From: Octopus sinensis
Taxonomy: Eukaryota
Length of the DNA stretch: 64,000 nucleotides
Reading direction: 5' to 3'
Assembly: GCF_006345805.1 (NCBI RefSeq)
Contig: NC_042999.1
Span: 109,182,001 to 109,246,000 of the forward strand
Shown here: positions 63,934 to 64,000 of the stretch, piece by piece
Layout: each line of letters begins with the position of its first letter
How positions within the stretch are numbered: the stretch's first letter is position 1
Position numbers and translations under genes: made by a program
Notes under the pieces: generated by a model
Told to the model about the DNA's origin: nothing
Databases searched by the model: none
What the model saw: only the letters and a program-made list of their open reading frames with translations

Positions 63934-64000
63934 TACTTATTATCTTACATCATCATATGTATTATTACCTAAAATTTGTGTATATGAATGTTTGTGTCTG

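Overview
AT-rich, repeat-saturated animal genomic DNA. The SINE families, RTE tails and microsatellite load look like an octopus/coleoid genome (recognition from memory, not verified by search). Most ORF-track entries are microsatellite artefacts (poly-YI/HT/CV). The only clearly identifiable long ORF is a young, 5'-truncated RTE LINE (59008-61370, minus) whose reverse transcriptase contains a C4HC3 PHD finger and whose 3' UTR holds a 62-bp variable tandem array. The window also has relics of CR1/Jockey-like, RNase H-bearing, R4/Dong, RTE and Penelope-like retroelements, Tc1/mariner remnants and MITEs, about 25 SINE copies, and a few putative short host exons with no recognisable product. The most interesting signal is a set of type I hammerhead ribozyme motifs in Penelope-like units sitting in (TA)n tracts. 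One has an intact core (33118-33206). Two unrelated units share a fold-back design in which an inverted arm stops at the catalytic core after a ~69-nt spacer. No rRNA, true tRNA, CRISPR or prokaryotic features are supported.
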